A stretch of 26,658 nt of DNA. Origin: a virus (Duplodnaviria > Caudoviricetes). The stretch is from positions 1 through 26,658 of the IMG/VR virus record IMGVR_UViG_3300031248_000010; one strand, 5' to 3'. Of the stretch, positions 6,225-15,629 are shown piece after piece; positions within the stretch are counted from its first letter, which is position 1, and each line of letters starts with the position of its first letter. The notes beneath the pieces are model-generated. The model saw nothing but the letters and a program-made list of their open reading frames with translations, ran no database searches and had not been told where the DNA came from. The position numbers and the translations under genes were made by a program.

Positions 6225-8404
6225 GCAAAATCCGGGCGATCCAGACCAATTTTTCGTCCGGCGAGTTGTCGCCGAAGGTCTTTGGGCGCACCGATATTCA
6301 GCGGTACTACAGCGGCGTCAAGACGTGCTCCGGCGGGTTGCCGTTGAAACAGGGCGGCGTCATTCGGTCGCCAGGCACGATCTACGTCAAGGACGCCAAG
6401 GATCAGGACGATCGCGGAGCGATTTTCCCGTTCATCTTCGACAAGGTGACGGCCTACGTCGTTGAGCTTGGCAGCACGATCAGGTTCTACTACGGTTCCG
6501 GCGCCAATATCGGCCCAGTGCTCGACGGCGGTGGCGCGCACTACGCGATCGCAAATCCGTACACGCTCGACCAACTCGCCGCGATCCGATACGCGCAGAA
6601 AGCCAACACGATGCTGCTCGCGCACGGCTCGGTGCATCCGCAGCGGCTCCAGCGCTTCGCCAATGCGCTGTGGGTTATCGGCAACTTCCCGGTGTCGGTC
6701 TACCCGTCTGCGGAATTCGGCACGAAGCCGGCGGCGAACATCGCGCTGTCGGCAATGACAGGCGCCGGCATCGTGGTCACGGCCAGCGCCGCATCGTTCC
6801 TGGCGTCCGATGTGGGCCGGCAGATCGAGGCCGGCTCGGGGCTGCTCACCATCACGGCGTTCACCGACACCACACACGTTACCGGCACCTCGGTCCGTGA
6901 CTTCGACTCGCTCGCCTACGTGTCGCAGACCTGGACGCTGACCGACTCGCCGCAAACGAAGCTCACGCCGAGCGCGGTCGGCACCACCGGCGCGACCATC
7001 ACGCTCACGGCCACGGCTGACGCCTTCCGGGTCGGTGACATCGGCAAGTACGTGAAGATCAACGACGGTATCGTTGAAATCACTGTCTTTACCAACGCGC
7101 TGAACGTCAACGGCATCGTGCGCAAAGTGTTGTCGGTGGCCACGGCCGCCGAAGCCGGCGCCTGGACGCTCGAGGAAAAATCGTGGTCAACGGCGCGCGG
7201 TTTCCCGCAGTCCGTTGGCGTCTATCAGCAGCGCGTCGTGTACGGCGGCACGACCAGCCAGCCGAACACGATCTGGGGGTCCGCGATCGGCGACACGACC
7301 GACTTTGCCATCGGCGTCAATGCCGACGATGCCTTCCAGTTCACACTGGATTCCGGCACCGCCGACCTGGTGCAACATCTGGAATCGTTGCGCGCGTTGA
7401 TCGCGCTCACCTCGTCTGCCGAGCACAGTTTGAAGGGGCAGGGCAGCGCCTTGTCGTCCGTGTCGGTGGACGCTAACGCGCACACGTTCTACGGATCCGG
7501 CGACGTGAAGCCGACGAAGATCGGGTATGAATTGCTGTTCGCCACCTTCACCGGCAAGCAACTCCGCAGTTATTCCTACGATTTCACGACGGACAGCTAC
7601 CAGAGCGCGGACCTGTCCGAGCTTTCGGACCATCTGCTGTTGCCCGGCCTACGCCGCATGGCCTACGCGAAGGAGCCATATCAGGTTGTTTGGGGCGTGA
7701 TGGCGGACGGCACACTGGCCTCACTGACCTACGACGCCACCAGCGACGTGCAGATGCGCGGGTGGGCGAGCCAGCCGGCGAACGGGGCCTATCTCGACGT
7801 GTGCTCGGTCCCGGGCGCGACCGGCGACCAGGTCTGGTTCCGCACGAAGCGCAGCATCAATGGCGCGAACAAGTGGTTCATCGAGTACCAGAGCTACGAC
7901 GTGAACACGCACGCGGCCTTCGTCAAAACGGCTGGTCTGCCGGCCTCTAGCATCGTCACCGGAATCGCGCATCTGATCGGGCAGACCGTTGACATCCTTC
8001 TCGACGGCGTGGCGCAGGTACAGCAGGTTGCCGCAAATCCTCTCAACTTCGTGCGCGCCGCCGACACGCGCATCGAGATCGGAGTGCCGTACCTGTCTCG
8101 CATCGTGCCGCTCAAGATCGAGTTCCAGCAGGACGGCAGCTCGCAGGGCCGCGCGGCGAGCGTGAACGAGGTCGTGCTGCGCGTCATCGAGAGCCGGGGC
8201 CTCAAGGTCAATGGCCAGGTTCTGCGCGGCCGCGATTTTGGCGTCGCGGTACTCGACAAGCCGCCGGTCATCCGGAACGAGGACCTGCAACTGACGACGC
8301 TCGGCTGGAGCTTCGCGCAGAATGAGGATCTGGAAGAAATTACGCAGGAGTTGCCGTACTTCTTTCACCTGCTGTCGGTTGTTCGACACGTCACGATCAA
8401 TTAG
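6221..8404 (+). CDS. Tail tubular protein B / nozzle (T7 gp12-like)
   Basis: IQTNFSSGELSP...GRTD, YAQKANTMLLAH, WSTARGFPQSVGVYQQRVVYGGT, IWGSAIGD, GIAHLIGQTVDILLDG. TTG start overlaps the upstream TGA. Confidence 0.92.
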   Translation: MSKIRAIQTNFSSGELSPKVFGRTDIQRYYSGVKTCSGGLPLKQGGVIRSPGTIYVKDAKDQDDRGAIFPFIFDKVTAYVVELGSTIRFYYGSGANIGPVLDGGGAHYAIANPYTLDQLAAIRYAQKANTMLLAHGSVHPQRLQRFANALWVIGNFPVSVYPSAEFGTKPAANIALSAMTGAGIVVTASAASFLASDVGRQIEAGSGLLTITAFTDTTHVTGTSVRDFDSLAYVSQTWTLTDSPQTKLTPSAVGTTGATITLTATADAFRVGDIGKYVKINDGIVEITVFTNALNVNGIVRKVLSVATAAEAGAWTLEEKSWSTARGFPQSVGVYQQRVVYGGTTSQPNTIWGSAIGDTTDFAIGVNADDAFQFTLDSGTADLVQHLESLRALIALTSSAEHSLKGQGSALSSVSVDANAHTFYGSGDVKPTKIGYELLFATFTGKQLRSYSYDFTTDSYQSADLSELSDHLLLPGLRRMAYAKEPYQVVWGVMADGTLASLTYDATSDVQMRGWASQPANGAYLDVCSVPGATGDQVWFRTKRSINGANKWFIEYQSYDVNTHAAFVKTAGLPASSIVTGIAHLIGQTVDILLDGVAQVQQVAANPLNFVRAADTRIEIGVPYLSRIVPLKIEFQQDGSSQGRAASVNEVVLRVIESRGLKVNGQVLRGRDFGVAVLDKPPVIRNEDLQLTTLGWSFAQNEDLEEITQELPYFFHLLSVVRHVTIN

Positions 8405-8416
8405 GCGGACCTGAAC

Positions 8417-8848
8417 ATGGCTGGCATGGGCGGCAGCGGATATCTCGGGATGATCGGCGGCATCGTTAAGGCCGTCGGCAACCGCTACGACGCCTACGAG
8501 CAACAGAAGGAACTTAAATACCTCGCGTCCTTGCGCGAGCGCTCCGCCGAGGACGCGCTGGCGATGGGTCAGATCAAGGCCAAACTGGTGCGCACCGCTG
8601 GCCGCCGCTTCCTGGGCGAGACGCGCGCCGACTACGCGGCCTCCGGCGTCATGGTGGACACTGGCAGCACGGCGGCCGTGGAGAGCGACATCAGCCGCAA
8701 CGTCGAGCGCGACGCACTGCTGACGATCTACCAGAGTCAGGTCGATGCGGCGGCGCTGCGCGCTGAGGCGAAACAACTCCGGCGCAATGCGACCAATACG
8801 CAGGTCAAGGCGACGTTCGAGAACATCGCCACGGTTCTGGGATCCTGA
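8417..8848 (+). CDS. Internal virion (ejection) protein 1, T7 gp14-like
   Basis: Hydrophobic Gly-rich N-terminus, helical body, and the RADYAASGVMVDTGS motif. Confidence 0.8.
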   Translation: MAGMGGSGYLGMIGGIVKAVGNRYDAYEQQKELKYLASLRERSAEDALAMGQIKAKLVRTAGRRFLGETRADYAASGVMVDTGSTAAVESDISRNVERDALLTIYQSQVDAAALRAEAKQLRRNATNTQVKATFENIATVLGS

Positions 8849-8849
8849 C

Positions 8850-10805
8850 ATGGCCTCCATCAAGCTCGGCAACTACGGCAACTACGTCCCCGAGGGGACC
8901 AGCCCGACGGCGAGGGTTCAGCCGGGTGTGCGGGTGGGCGAGGGATTGCAGGCGTTGGGCGATGCGCTGATCCGCAAGGGACAGCAGAAAGAGGCGGAGC
9001 GCAAACAGGCGCTCGACGCGCAGGCCACCGTCGCGCGCGCCAACTACGATTCCTCGCTGAATCAGCTCCAGACCGACCTGCTCGACAAGGAGGCCAAGGG
9101 CGAGATCACGGCGGACCAGCTCGACGCCGCCTTCAAGGACGAGGCGCATATCCGGCGCGAGCAACTTCTCGGAGCTATTCCGGAGGACTCGCGCGACAAG
9201 TACCGGCCCTTTTTCGACATTTCCACGATCAAGGCGACCGACGAATTCCTGACCGCACAGCGCGGGCGCATCCACGAGCGCCGGTCCGGCGCGAATCAGG
9301 AGGTCATGCAGGCATCGCTCGACCAGGCGCGCAAGGATCCACTGACCGCGATCCAGACCGTTGACATCACGGTGGACGGCAACAAGGACCTCTACAAAAA
9401 TCCTGACGAGACGAAGCGCGCCTTCCGCGATGCGGCCTGGACCACGAACGTCACCAGCCAAATCGAGGGCGCGCAGCGCATTGACGACATGCGCAAACTC
9501 AAGAACGCGCTGAACGACGACAAGCAGTACCCGGGTCTTGAGGGCGTCAGCCGCACGAAGCTCATGGCGCACGCCGACGCCAGGATCCGCGAACTGAAAG
9601 CCACCTTCGACGCCGACGAGCGCGGCACGCGCGCGCAGGCCGACTTCAACGCGAAGATGATCGCAGACCGCTCGGCGGATCCAGCCGCCTTCGTCCCAGG
9701 CGAGCGCGAGCAGTACGACAAATACCTTGCCGCGCTGCCTGACAACGTGCCGAACAAGAAAAAGGCGCAGCTCGCGCTGTCGATGTCCACCGATCTGAAA
9801 GCGATGGCGCAGATGCGCTCCGCCGAGCGCGACAAGATCGTGAGCGACGCGCAGCAAGCCATCGGCGCCGCCGGCACCGTTCCGGCGCGCGTCGAGGCTA
9901 TCCAGCGCTACGAAATCCTCAACGCCGCGACGGACCGCTTCAACAAGCAGATCGCCGACAATCCGGTGCGCATGTGGGAGGCGCAGACCGGCGAATCGTG
10001 GCCAACCTGGGACGCGCAGGCGCCCGCTGCCGAGCAGATGCGCGCGAATGTGGACCGCGCGGCCGACGCGGCTGGCCGGACCGGCGTGAATCCAGGCCTC
10101 GTGCGGCCGGAGGCATCGAAGGCCGTCGCCGTGGCGCTCAAAAGCATGGAACCCGGCGAAGCCGCCAAGTTTTTCTCGGACCTCACCTCTCCGGATCCGG
10201 TTACAGGTCACACCGTTCCGCAGGAAATGGTGGACGCCACCATCGCCACGATCGGCCGCGACGATTCCGTGGTAGCGAGCGCGATGCAGTACGGCGTGCA
10301 CAACGCGCGCGTGAACGGCACCGGCGAATTTATTGCGCCGAGGATCCTGCGCGGCGCGCGCGACATCGAGGCCGGCAACGTCAAGGTCAACTCGGAGGAA
10401 TTCGATAAGGCCTTCGACCGCGTGGCCGGCAACGCCTACTCCGGTTTCCCGGACGCGCGCCGCCGCGACATGGACGCGGCGAAGGCCTACTGGGCGACGC
10501 TGAACGACACCGACAAGAAAGCCGACAAGCGCAACGGCATGGAGTACGCCACCCAGGCCGTGCTCGGTGCGAAACAGACGATCAACGGGCAGTCGGTGTT
10601 CGCGCCGGTCGGCATGGACGGGGCCGACTTCACCTCTATGTTCCACGCGGAACTTAGCAAGCAGCTCAAGGCGCGCGGGTGGGACGACAACGAGATCGAG
10701 GCGGCCAACGCGACCGCCAAGCCCTTCAAGGCTGGCTGGTCGCGCTACGGGATCATCTACAACGGTGCCGTGGTGCGTGACCTGGCGATCGACGTGGGGC
10801 GCTGA
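8850..10805 (+). CDS. Internal virion (ejection) protein 2, gp15 position, 651 aa
   Basis: All-helical, Cys-free, N-terminal GEGLQALGDAL motif, position in the operon. Start is ATG 8850, right after the upstream stop. Confidence 0.75.
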   Translation: MASIKLGNYGNYVPEGTSPTARVQPGVRVGEGLQALGDALIRKGQQKEAERKQALDAQATVARANYDSSLNQLQTDLLDKEAKGEITADQLDAAFKDEAHIRREQLLGAIPEDSRDKYRPFFDISTIKATDEFLTAQRGRIHERRSGANQEVMQASLDQARKDPLTAIQTVDITVDGNKDLYKNPDETKRAFRDAAWTTNVTSQIEGAQRIDDMRKLKNALNDDKQYPGLEGVSRTKLMAHADARIRELKATFDADERGTRAQADFNAKMIADRSADPAAFVPGEREQYDKYLAALPDNVPNKKKAQLALSMSTDLKAMAQMRSAERDKIVSDAQQAIGAAGTVPARVEAIQRYEILNAATDRFNKQIADNPVRMWEAQTGESWPTWDAQAPAAEQMRANVDRAADAAGRTGVNPGLVRPEASKAVAVALKSMEPGEAAKFFSDLTSPDPVTGHTVPQEMVDATIATIGRDDSVVASAMQYGVHNARVNGTGEFIAPRILRGARDIEAGNVKVNSEEFDKAFDRVAGNAYSGFPDARRRDMDAAKAYWATLNDTDKKADKRNGMEYATQAVLGAKQTINGQSVFAPVGMDGADFTSMFHAELSKQLKARGWDDNEIEAANATAKPFKAGWSRYGIIYNGAVVRDLAIDVGR

Positions 10806-12727
10806 TGTACCCGGAAATCACGCTCGAGCAGGCCCGGCAACAGCCCGGCGACCTGCCGGCCTGGAACAACGCAGGCGAGGCCATCGCGCGCGGCATCTAC
10901 GAGGGCGCGTCTATCCTCGGCGAGGTCGGCAGCTCCGTGGTCGCTGAGGCGCTACCAGCCGGCGGCCAGGGAAAGACCGACTGGCGCCAATGGTGGGACG
11001 AGAACATCACCGCCCCGGCCACGGCCAGCCGGCAGAAGTCTCAGGAGCGCGCCATCACCTATGGCGGCGCCAGCAACACGCTCCACGACATCGCCAGGAT
11101 TGGCTCGGAGGCTATTTTCGGCCCTGCGACGGTAGCGGCGGCCGAGACTGCCATCCAGGGCGCGATGGCCGTGGACCAGGGCAAGAGCGGCGGCGAGGCG
11201 GCGGCGATCGGCGTGGTACGCGGCGTCGGGACCGGCCTGCTGGCCGCTGTTCCGGTCGTGGCGCCAATCCTGCGGGGCTTCGGCCCGGCCATTGTGCAGC
11301 GCATCATGAGCGGGGCGGCCGGGTCCATCCTGGGCGGCGTAGCGCTTGCCGGCGCCGACAAGGCCACGCTGGCGACCTTGGGATACGACAAGGAGGCCGC
11401 CAGGACCGCCGTGCTGTCCGGTGACTCCATCATGGCCAACGGCGTGCTCGGCGTGTTGTTCGGCCTCCTGGCGCACGGCAGGGCCGCCCTGACGGCCCGG
11501 AAGGTCGGGCTGCCGCTGTCGGTCGTGGATGACGCCATGAGCGTGTCCCTGCGCGACGTGGGGCGGCAGGCGGCGCAGGCAGGCGCCAAGACCCCGCTCG
11601 AGGCCGCGAAGCGGCTGGACGAGTTCAACGGGCGCCTGGACGCGACGACTGAGGGCGCTGTCCCGGACGGCAAGGACGGCCTGGTACAGCCGGACGAAGC
11701 GCTGGCGCGCGCGAACAAGGCCGACGTGTCGCCGCCGACCGTGGAGGCTGCCGCCAAGGCGGCGGAAGCGACGGCCGTGGGCGATGCGATCACGCCGGAG
11801 GAGCTGGCGGCGGAGTACCCGCAGGTCGGGATGGGAAAGCTGGCCAAGGAGCACGGCGCGAGCGTGCGCGCCATGGCTGCCGAACCGTTGCCGAAGCCCC
11901 CGAAGGAAACCGTGCCGGCCAGTACCGCGCTGGCTGAAAAGGCGCTCAAGGACCTGCGCCAGAACATCGTCAAGTTGGGCGGAATCGACCAGGCCGAGAT
12001 CCGCGACATCACCGGCGAGGGCAATGCAACGAGGGCCGGCGGTTGGACTCGGCGGCTGTTCACGAAAAGCGGCGTCGGACTGGACACGCTGCGCGAGCGG
12101 CTGGTCGAAATGGGCTACCTGCCGCACGACACCACCGATGTCACCGGCGACGCCGAGCGGATCCGCGAGCTGGTGCGCGCCGCCGTTGAGGGCCGCGCCG
12201 CAGATGTGATGCCGCCGCAGACGGCGATGGAGCACGCGCAACTACTCGCCGAGGAGCGCGCCAAAGAGGTCGGCATCGAGGACTTCGACCCAGATGCGAT
12301 GGCGCAGGCGTACCACGACTACGCGCAGGAGGGGCATCCGGCCGGGCCGGCTGAACCGGCGCGCCTGACCGCGCCCGAAGCGGTCGCCGTGGCGGAAGTG
12401 GAACAGGCGATGCGCAAGGACGAGGCTGCCGTCGAAGCGGCCGCGATCAAACACGGTGACGACGACGTTGCCTTCATGGCAGAGGTTCGGAGGATCAATG
12501 GCAAAGCAACAGGAAACGAAGGCGCAGCGGCTGCTACGACTGGCGAAACTGTACCGCCAGCACAAGCGGCCTTCCCCAAAAACCTGACGATTCCGGACGC
12601 TGCGGGCAACCCGGTCAACGCCAACGAGCACATCGCGGCGCTGCAAGCCGAAGCTGCTCGAGACGTGACGCCGGAACTTGAGGCCGTGCGCCAGTGCATC
12701 CTGGCGAAGTTGGCAGGAGCGCTCTGA
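10805..12727 (+). CDS. Internal virion (ejection) protein 3, with membrane-inserting Gly/Ala segments, 640 aa
   Basis: Hydrophobic stretches GVGTGLLAAVPVVAPIL, GAAGSILGGVALAGA and GVLGVLFGLLA. TGATG coupling at both ends. Confidence 0.75.
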   Translation: MYPEITLEQARQQPGDLPAWNNAGEAIARGIYEGASILGEVGSSVVAEALPAGGQGKTDWRQWWDENITAPATASRQKSQERAITYGGASNTLHDIARIGSEAIFGPATVAAAETAIQGAMAVDQGKSGGEAAAIGVVRGVGTGLLAAVPVVAPILRGFGPAIVQRIMSGAAGSILGGVALAGADKATLATLGYDKEAARTAVLSGDSIMANGVLGVLFGLLAHGRAALTARKVGLPLSVVDDAMSVSLRDVGRQAAQAGAKTPLEAAKRLDEFNGRLDATTEGAVPDGKDGLVQPDEALARANKADVSPPTVEAAAKAAEATAVGDAITPEELAAEYPQVGMGKLAKEHGASVRAMAAEPLPKPPKETVPASTALAEKALKDLRQNIVKLGGIDQAEIRDITGEGNATRAGGWTRRLFTKSGVGLDTLRERLVEMGYLPHDTTDVTGDAERIRELVRAAVEGRAADVMPPQTAMEHAQLLAEERAKEVGIEDFDPDAMAQAYHDYAQEGHPAGPAEPARLTAPEAVAVAEVEQAMRKDEAAVEAAAIKHGDDDVAFMAEVRRINGKATGNEGAAAATTGETVPPAQAAFPKNLTIPDAAGNPVNANEHIAALQAEAARDVTPELEAVRQCILAKLAGAL

Positions 12728-15267
12728 TGGCCGCCTTCGACAAATGCTTCCAGGAAACGCTCGGTGCGGATCTGACGCCGGAGCAACTACGCGACCGGGC
12801 CGCCGGATTCATGCGGGCCTTCAACAAGGCGCGCGACGCCGGCCTCGGCAAGGCTGAGGCGCTGTCGCAGGCAGTCAAGGAGGGCGCCTTCGAGGTCCGG
12901 AAGGAGTCAATCCGCAAGATTCTGGCGGCTCAGAACGACGCGGCCGTGCGGGTCGAGATCGCGCAGTTCATCGAGCGCGGCCGCGCCGAGTTCGGAGGCA
13001 TGGGCGCCTTCCTCAAGAAGCTCTCGCAGGACGTGGGCGGCAAGAGCAACACCACGGCGATGACCACGATCGCGGAAGGAGTCGCGCAGATGCACGGCGC
13101 CGTGGTCGAGCAGGCGCTGCGCGCCACCGACAACCGCAAACTGCTGCGAATCTTCGAGGACAAGGAACAGACGCGCGAGCTGGTGCGCGCGATCCTGGGC
13201 GAGAACGTCGGCAACCCGGACATCGCAGCGATCGGCAAGACCTTCCGCGAGGTGAACGAGTCGCTGCGCGTGCGATTCAACGCCAATGGCGGCGGCATCG
13301 TGAAGATGGAAAACTGGATCCCGCAGAGCCACGACGCGGCGCGGATGCTCCGCGCCGGCGCCGACAAATGGGTCGCCTTCACCTCGCGCCTCATGGACCG
13401 TCGCAAGATGCTGGCGAAAGACGGCGCGATCATGGACGACATGGAACTGGAGGAATTCCTGCACCGCTCCTACGTCACCCTGAGCGAGGGCGGCGACCTG
13501 AAACAGGACATCCCGGGCGAGCACTCGTTCAGCGCGCGCGGGTCGGTGGAGCGCCAGCTTCACTTCCTGGGCGCCGATTCCTGGATGAAGTACCACGCCG
13601 AGTTCGGCGGGGCGAACCTGTACGACATCCTGCGCTCGCACATCAAGCGGATGGCCAACGACATCGGCATCATCGAAACGCTCGGCAGCAAACCGGGCGA
13701 GACGATCCGCGAGGTCGCCAACGCGGAGGCGGCCAGATTGAACGAGCGGGAAGCCAGCGACTTCGAGCGCAGTTCATTTGCCGCGCAAAAGGCCTACGCG
13801 AACCTGCTCTACGACTACACGGCTGGCAACATTGCGCACGAGCCGCTGCCGGACTGGCGCTTCGAGTTCAAGGTCGGCGACAAGACGCGGACCGTTGACC
13901 TGGCGCACGCGGCGGACATGGGTTTCAACTTCTTCCGCGCGGTCAACGTGCTGAAACTCGGCATGGCTGTGTTCTCGTCGCTGCCGGATCCGGCGTTTAT
14001 GACGGCGGCGGCATCCTTCTGGAACGTGTCCAAGGCCGACCTGTGGCTGAACCTCACGCGACGGATGCTCAACTTCGGCGACAAGGACCGCATCTGGCTT
14101 GAGAACGCCGGGCTGGCGACGGACATGCTGCGCTCGGCCGGCGATCGCATCGTCGGTGAATCGACGCGCGATATGTTCGTCGGCGCGAATCAGAAGGTGC
14201 TCCGCCTCACCGGGCTACGCGCGTGGTCGCAGGCGATGAAGGACACGTTCACGGCCACGATCTCGAACACCGTCGGCCGCATGGTGTCCAAGTTCGACCT
14301 CGCGGCCGTGCCGAAGGCCGACCGGAAGCTGCTCGATTCCTACGGCATCAACGACCAGACTTGGGCGGTCTGGAAGCTGGCGCAGCTCGAGCGGTGGGGC
14401 AGCGCCGGGAACATGCTCACGCCGCGCGCGATCCTCGGGATCCCGGACAGTGCGCTATCCAAATTGGCGCTGGCCTCCGGCAAGAGCGTGGCCGACCTGC
14501 GCGGCTCGGCGGCTTCGACGCTGGCCGGCATGCTGGTGCACGAGTCGGATGCCGCGATCAACGAGCCGACCTCCGGCCAGCGCGCCGTGATCCAGCGGGC
14601 CAAAAACGCGGGACCGGGCGCGAGCTGGATCGTCAATGCCCGTCTCCAGTTCATGTCCTATCCGATCAGCGTGGCGCTGACGCAGGGACGGCGTTTCATC
14701 GCCTCCGACAACAAATGGGAGTACGCCGCTTGGGCCTTCGGCGTCTCCACGGTCCTCGGCGGTCTATCCGTGCAGATCAAGAATCTCGCGCGCGGCCGCG
14801 ACATGCAGGAAATGGTCACGCCTGACGGCCTGCCGAACGGCAAATTTGTCGCGGCCTCGATCCTCGCGGGCGGCGGCTTGGGTCACTACGCCAACCTGGT
14901 GTCCGGGTTCGAGGAACAGCACGCGGCGCCGGTAGAAATCCTGCTCGGGCCTACCGGCGGATCGCTCAACAAACTCCAGAACATCATGGCCGACGTTGTG
15001 GACGGCAAACCGACCGACGCCGCCGACAAGTTGACCGAGATCCTGCCCGAGTACGTGCCTGGTGCTAACCTGCCGTGGACAGCGCCGCTGTTCAAGCACT
15101 ACGTCATGGGAACGCTCCACGAAATGAACAACCCGGGCTTCATGGAACGGCAGGAAGAAAAACTGCGCAAGCGGACCGGGCAGGAATTGTGGATGGGCGC
15201 GGGCACTGGCGACTTCGTCCAGCGCGCTCCGGAGACGGCCGTCGCGCCGGTGCCGAAGGGGCAATGA
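12727..15267 (+). CDS. Internal virion (ejection) protein 4, resembling the C-terminal part of T7 gp16, 846 aa
   Basis: RFNANGGGI..MENWIPQSHD, RQLHF...SWMKYHAEFG, LQFMSYP, AGGGLG.Y, LLGPTG, VPGANL. AGGAG RBS before ATG 12727. Confidence 0.8.
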   Translation: MAAFDKCFQETLGADLTPEQLRDRAAGFMRAFNKARDAGLGKAEALSQAVKEGAFEVRKESIRKILAAQNDAAVRVEIAQFIERGRAEFGGMGAFLKKLSQDVGGKSNTTAMTTIAEGVAQMHGAVVEQALRATDNRKLLRIFEDKEQTRELVRAILGENVGNPDIAAIGKTFREVNESLRVRFNANGGGIVKMENWIPQSHDAARMLRAGADKWVAFTSRLMDRRKMLAKDGAIMDDMELEEFLHRSYVTLSEGGDLKQDIPGEHSFSARGSVERQLHFLGADSWMKYHAEFGGANLYDILRSHIKRMANDIGIIETLGSKPGETIREVANAEAARLNEREASDFERSSFAAQKAYANLLYDYTAGNIAHEPLPDWRFEFKVGDKTRTVDLAHAADMGFNFFRAVNVLKLGMAVFSSLPDPAFMTAAASFWNVSKADLWLNLTRRMLNFGDKDRIWLENAGLATDMLRSAGDRIVGESTRDMFVGANQKVLRLTGLRAWSQAMKDTFTATISNTVGRMVSKFDLAAVPKADRKLLDSYGINDQTWAVWKLAQLERWGSAGNMLTPRAILGIPDSALSKLALASGKSVADLRGSAASTLAGMLVHESDAAINEPTSGQRAVIQRAKNAGPGASWIVNARLQFMSYPISVALTQGRRFIASDNKWEYAAWAFGVSTVLGGLSVQIKNLARGRDMQEMVTPDGLPNGKFVAASILAGGGLGHYANLVSGFEEQHAAPVEILLGPTGGSLNKLQNIMADVVDGKPTDAADKLTEILPEYVPGANLPWTAPLFKHYVMGTLHEMNNPGFMERQEEKLRKRTGQELWMGAGTGDFVQRAPETAVAPVPKGQ

Positions 15268-15268
15268 C

Positions 15269-15622
15269 ATGACGCTGAAAACCATCGAGGACCTGGAGCG
15301 GTTGGAAAAGCGCGTGATGCAGGTCGCCGGGCAGGAGACGGAGCTGCTGCTTGACCGCGTCTGCACACCGGGCGCCGTGGACGCCGCCGTCAGCGACGAG
15401 GCGATGATTGTCCGCCAGAAAAACTACAAGAAGAACGTGGCGAACACCTACCTGTTGTGCGAGCGGATCCTGCGTTACATCGTGCTGAACAAGACGCTCG
15501 GCAAACGCAACCTCGAGGGCATGGACGAGATCAACGCCGAGATCGAGCGTGCGCAGCGCAAAGCCACGGAGGGCGTAACCGGCGCCAAAGCGCGGTTGAA
15601 GCTGGTCGGCGGCCAGGGCTGA
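15269..15622 (+). CDS. Probable terminase small subunit
   Basis: 117-aa helical protein immediately upstream of the large terminase; the call is mainly positional. Confidence 0.5.
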   Translation: MTLKTIEDLERLEKRVMQVAGQETELLLDRVCTPGAVDAAVSDEAMIVRQKNYKKNVANTYLLCERILRYIVLNKTLGKRNLEGMDEINAEIERAQRKATEGVTGAKARLKLVGGQG

Positions 15623-15629
15623 TCCGCCG

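Noticed and set aside
12690-12730. Frameshift fusion of ejection proteins 3 and 4
   Set aside because: No slippery sequence; the downstream gene has its own AGGAG RBS and TGATG coupling.
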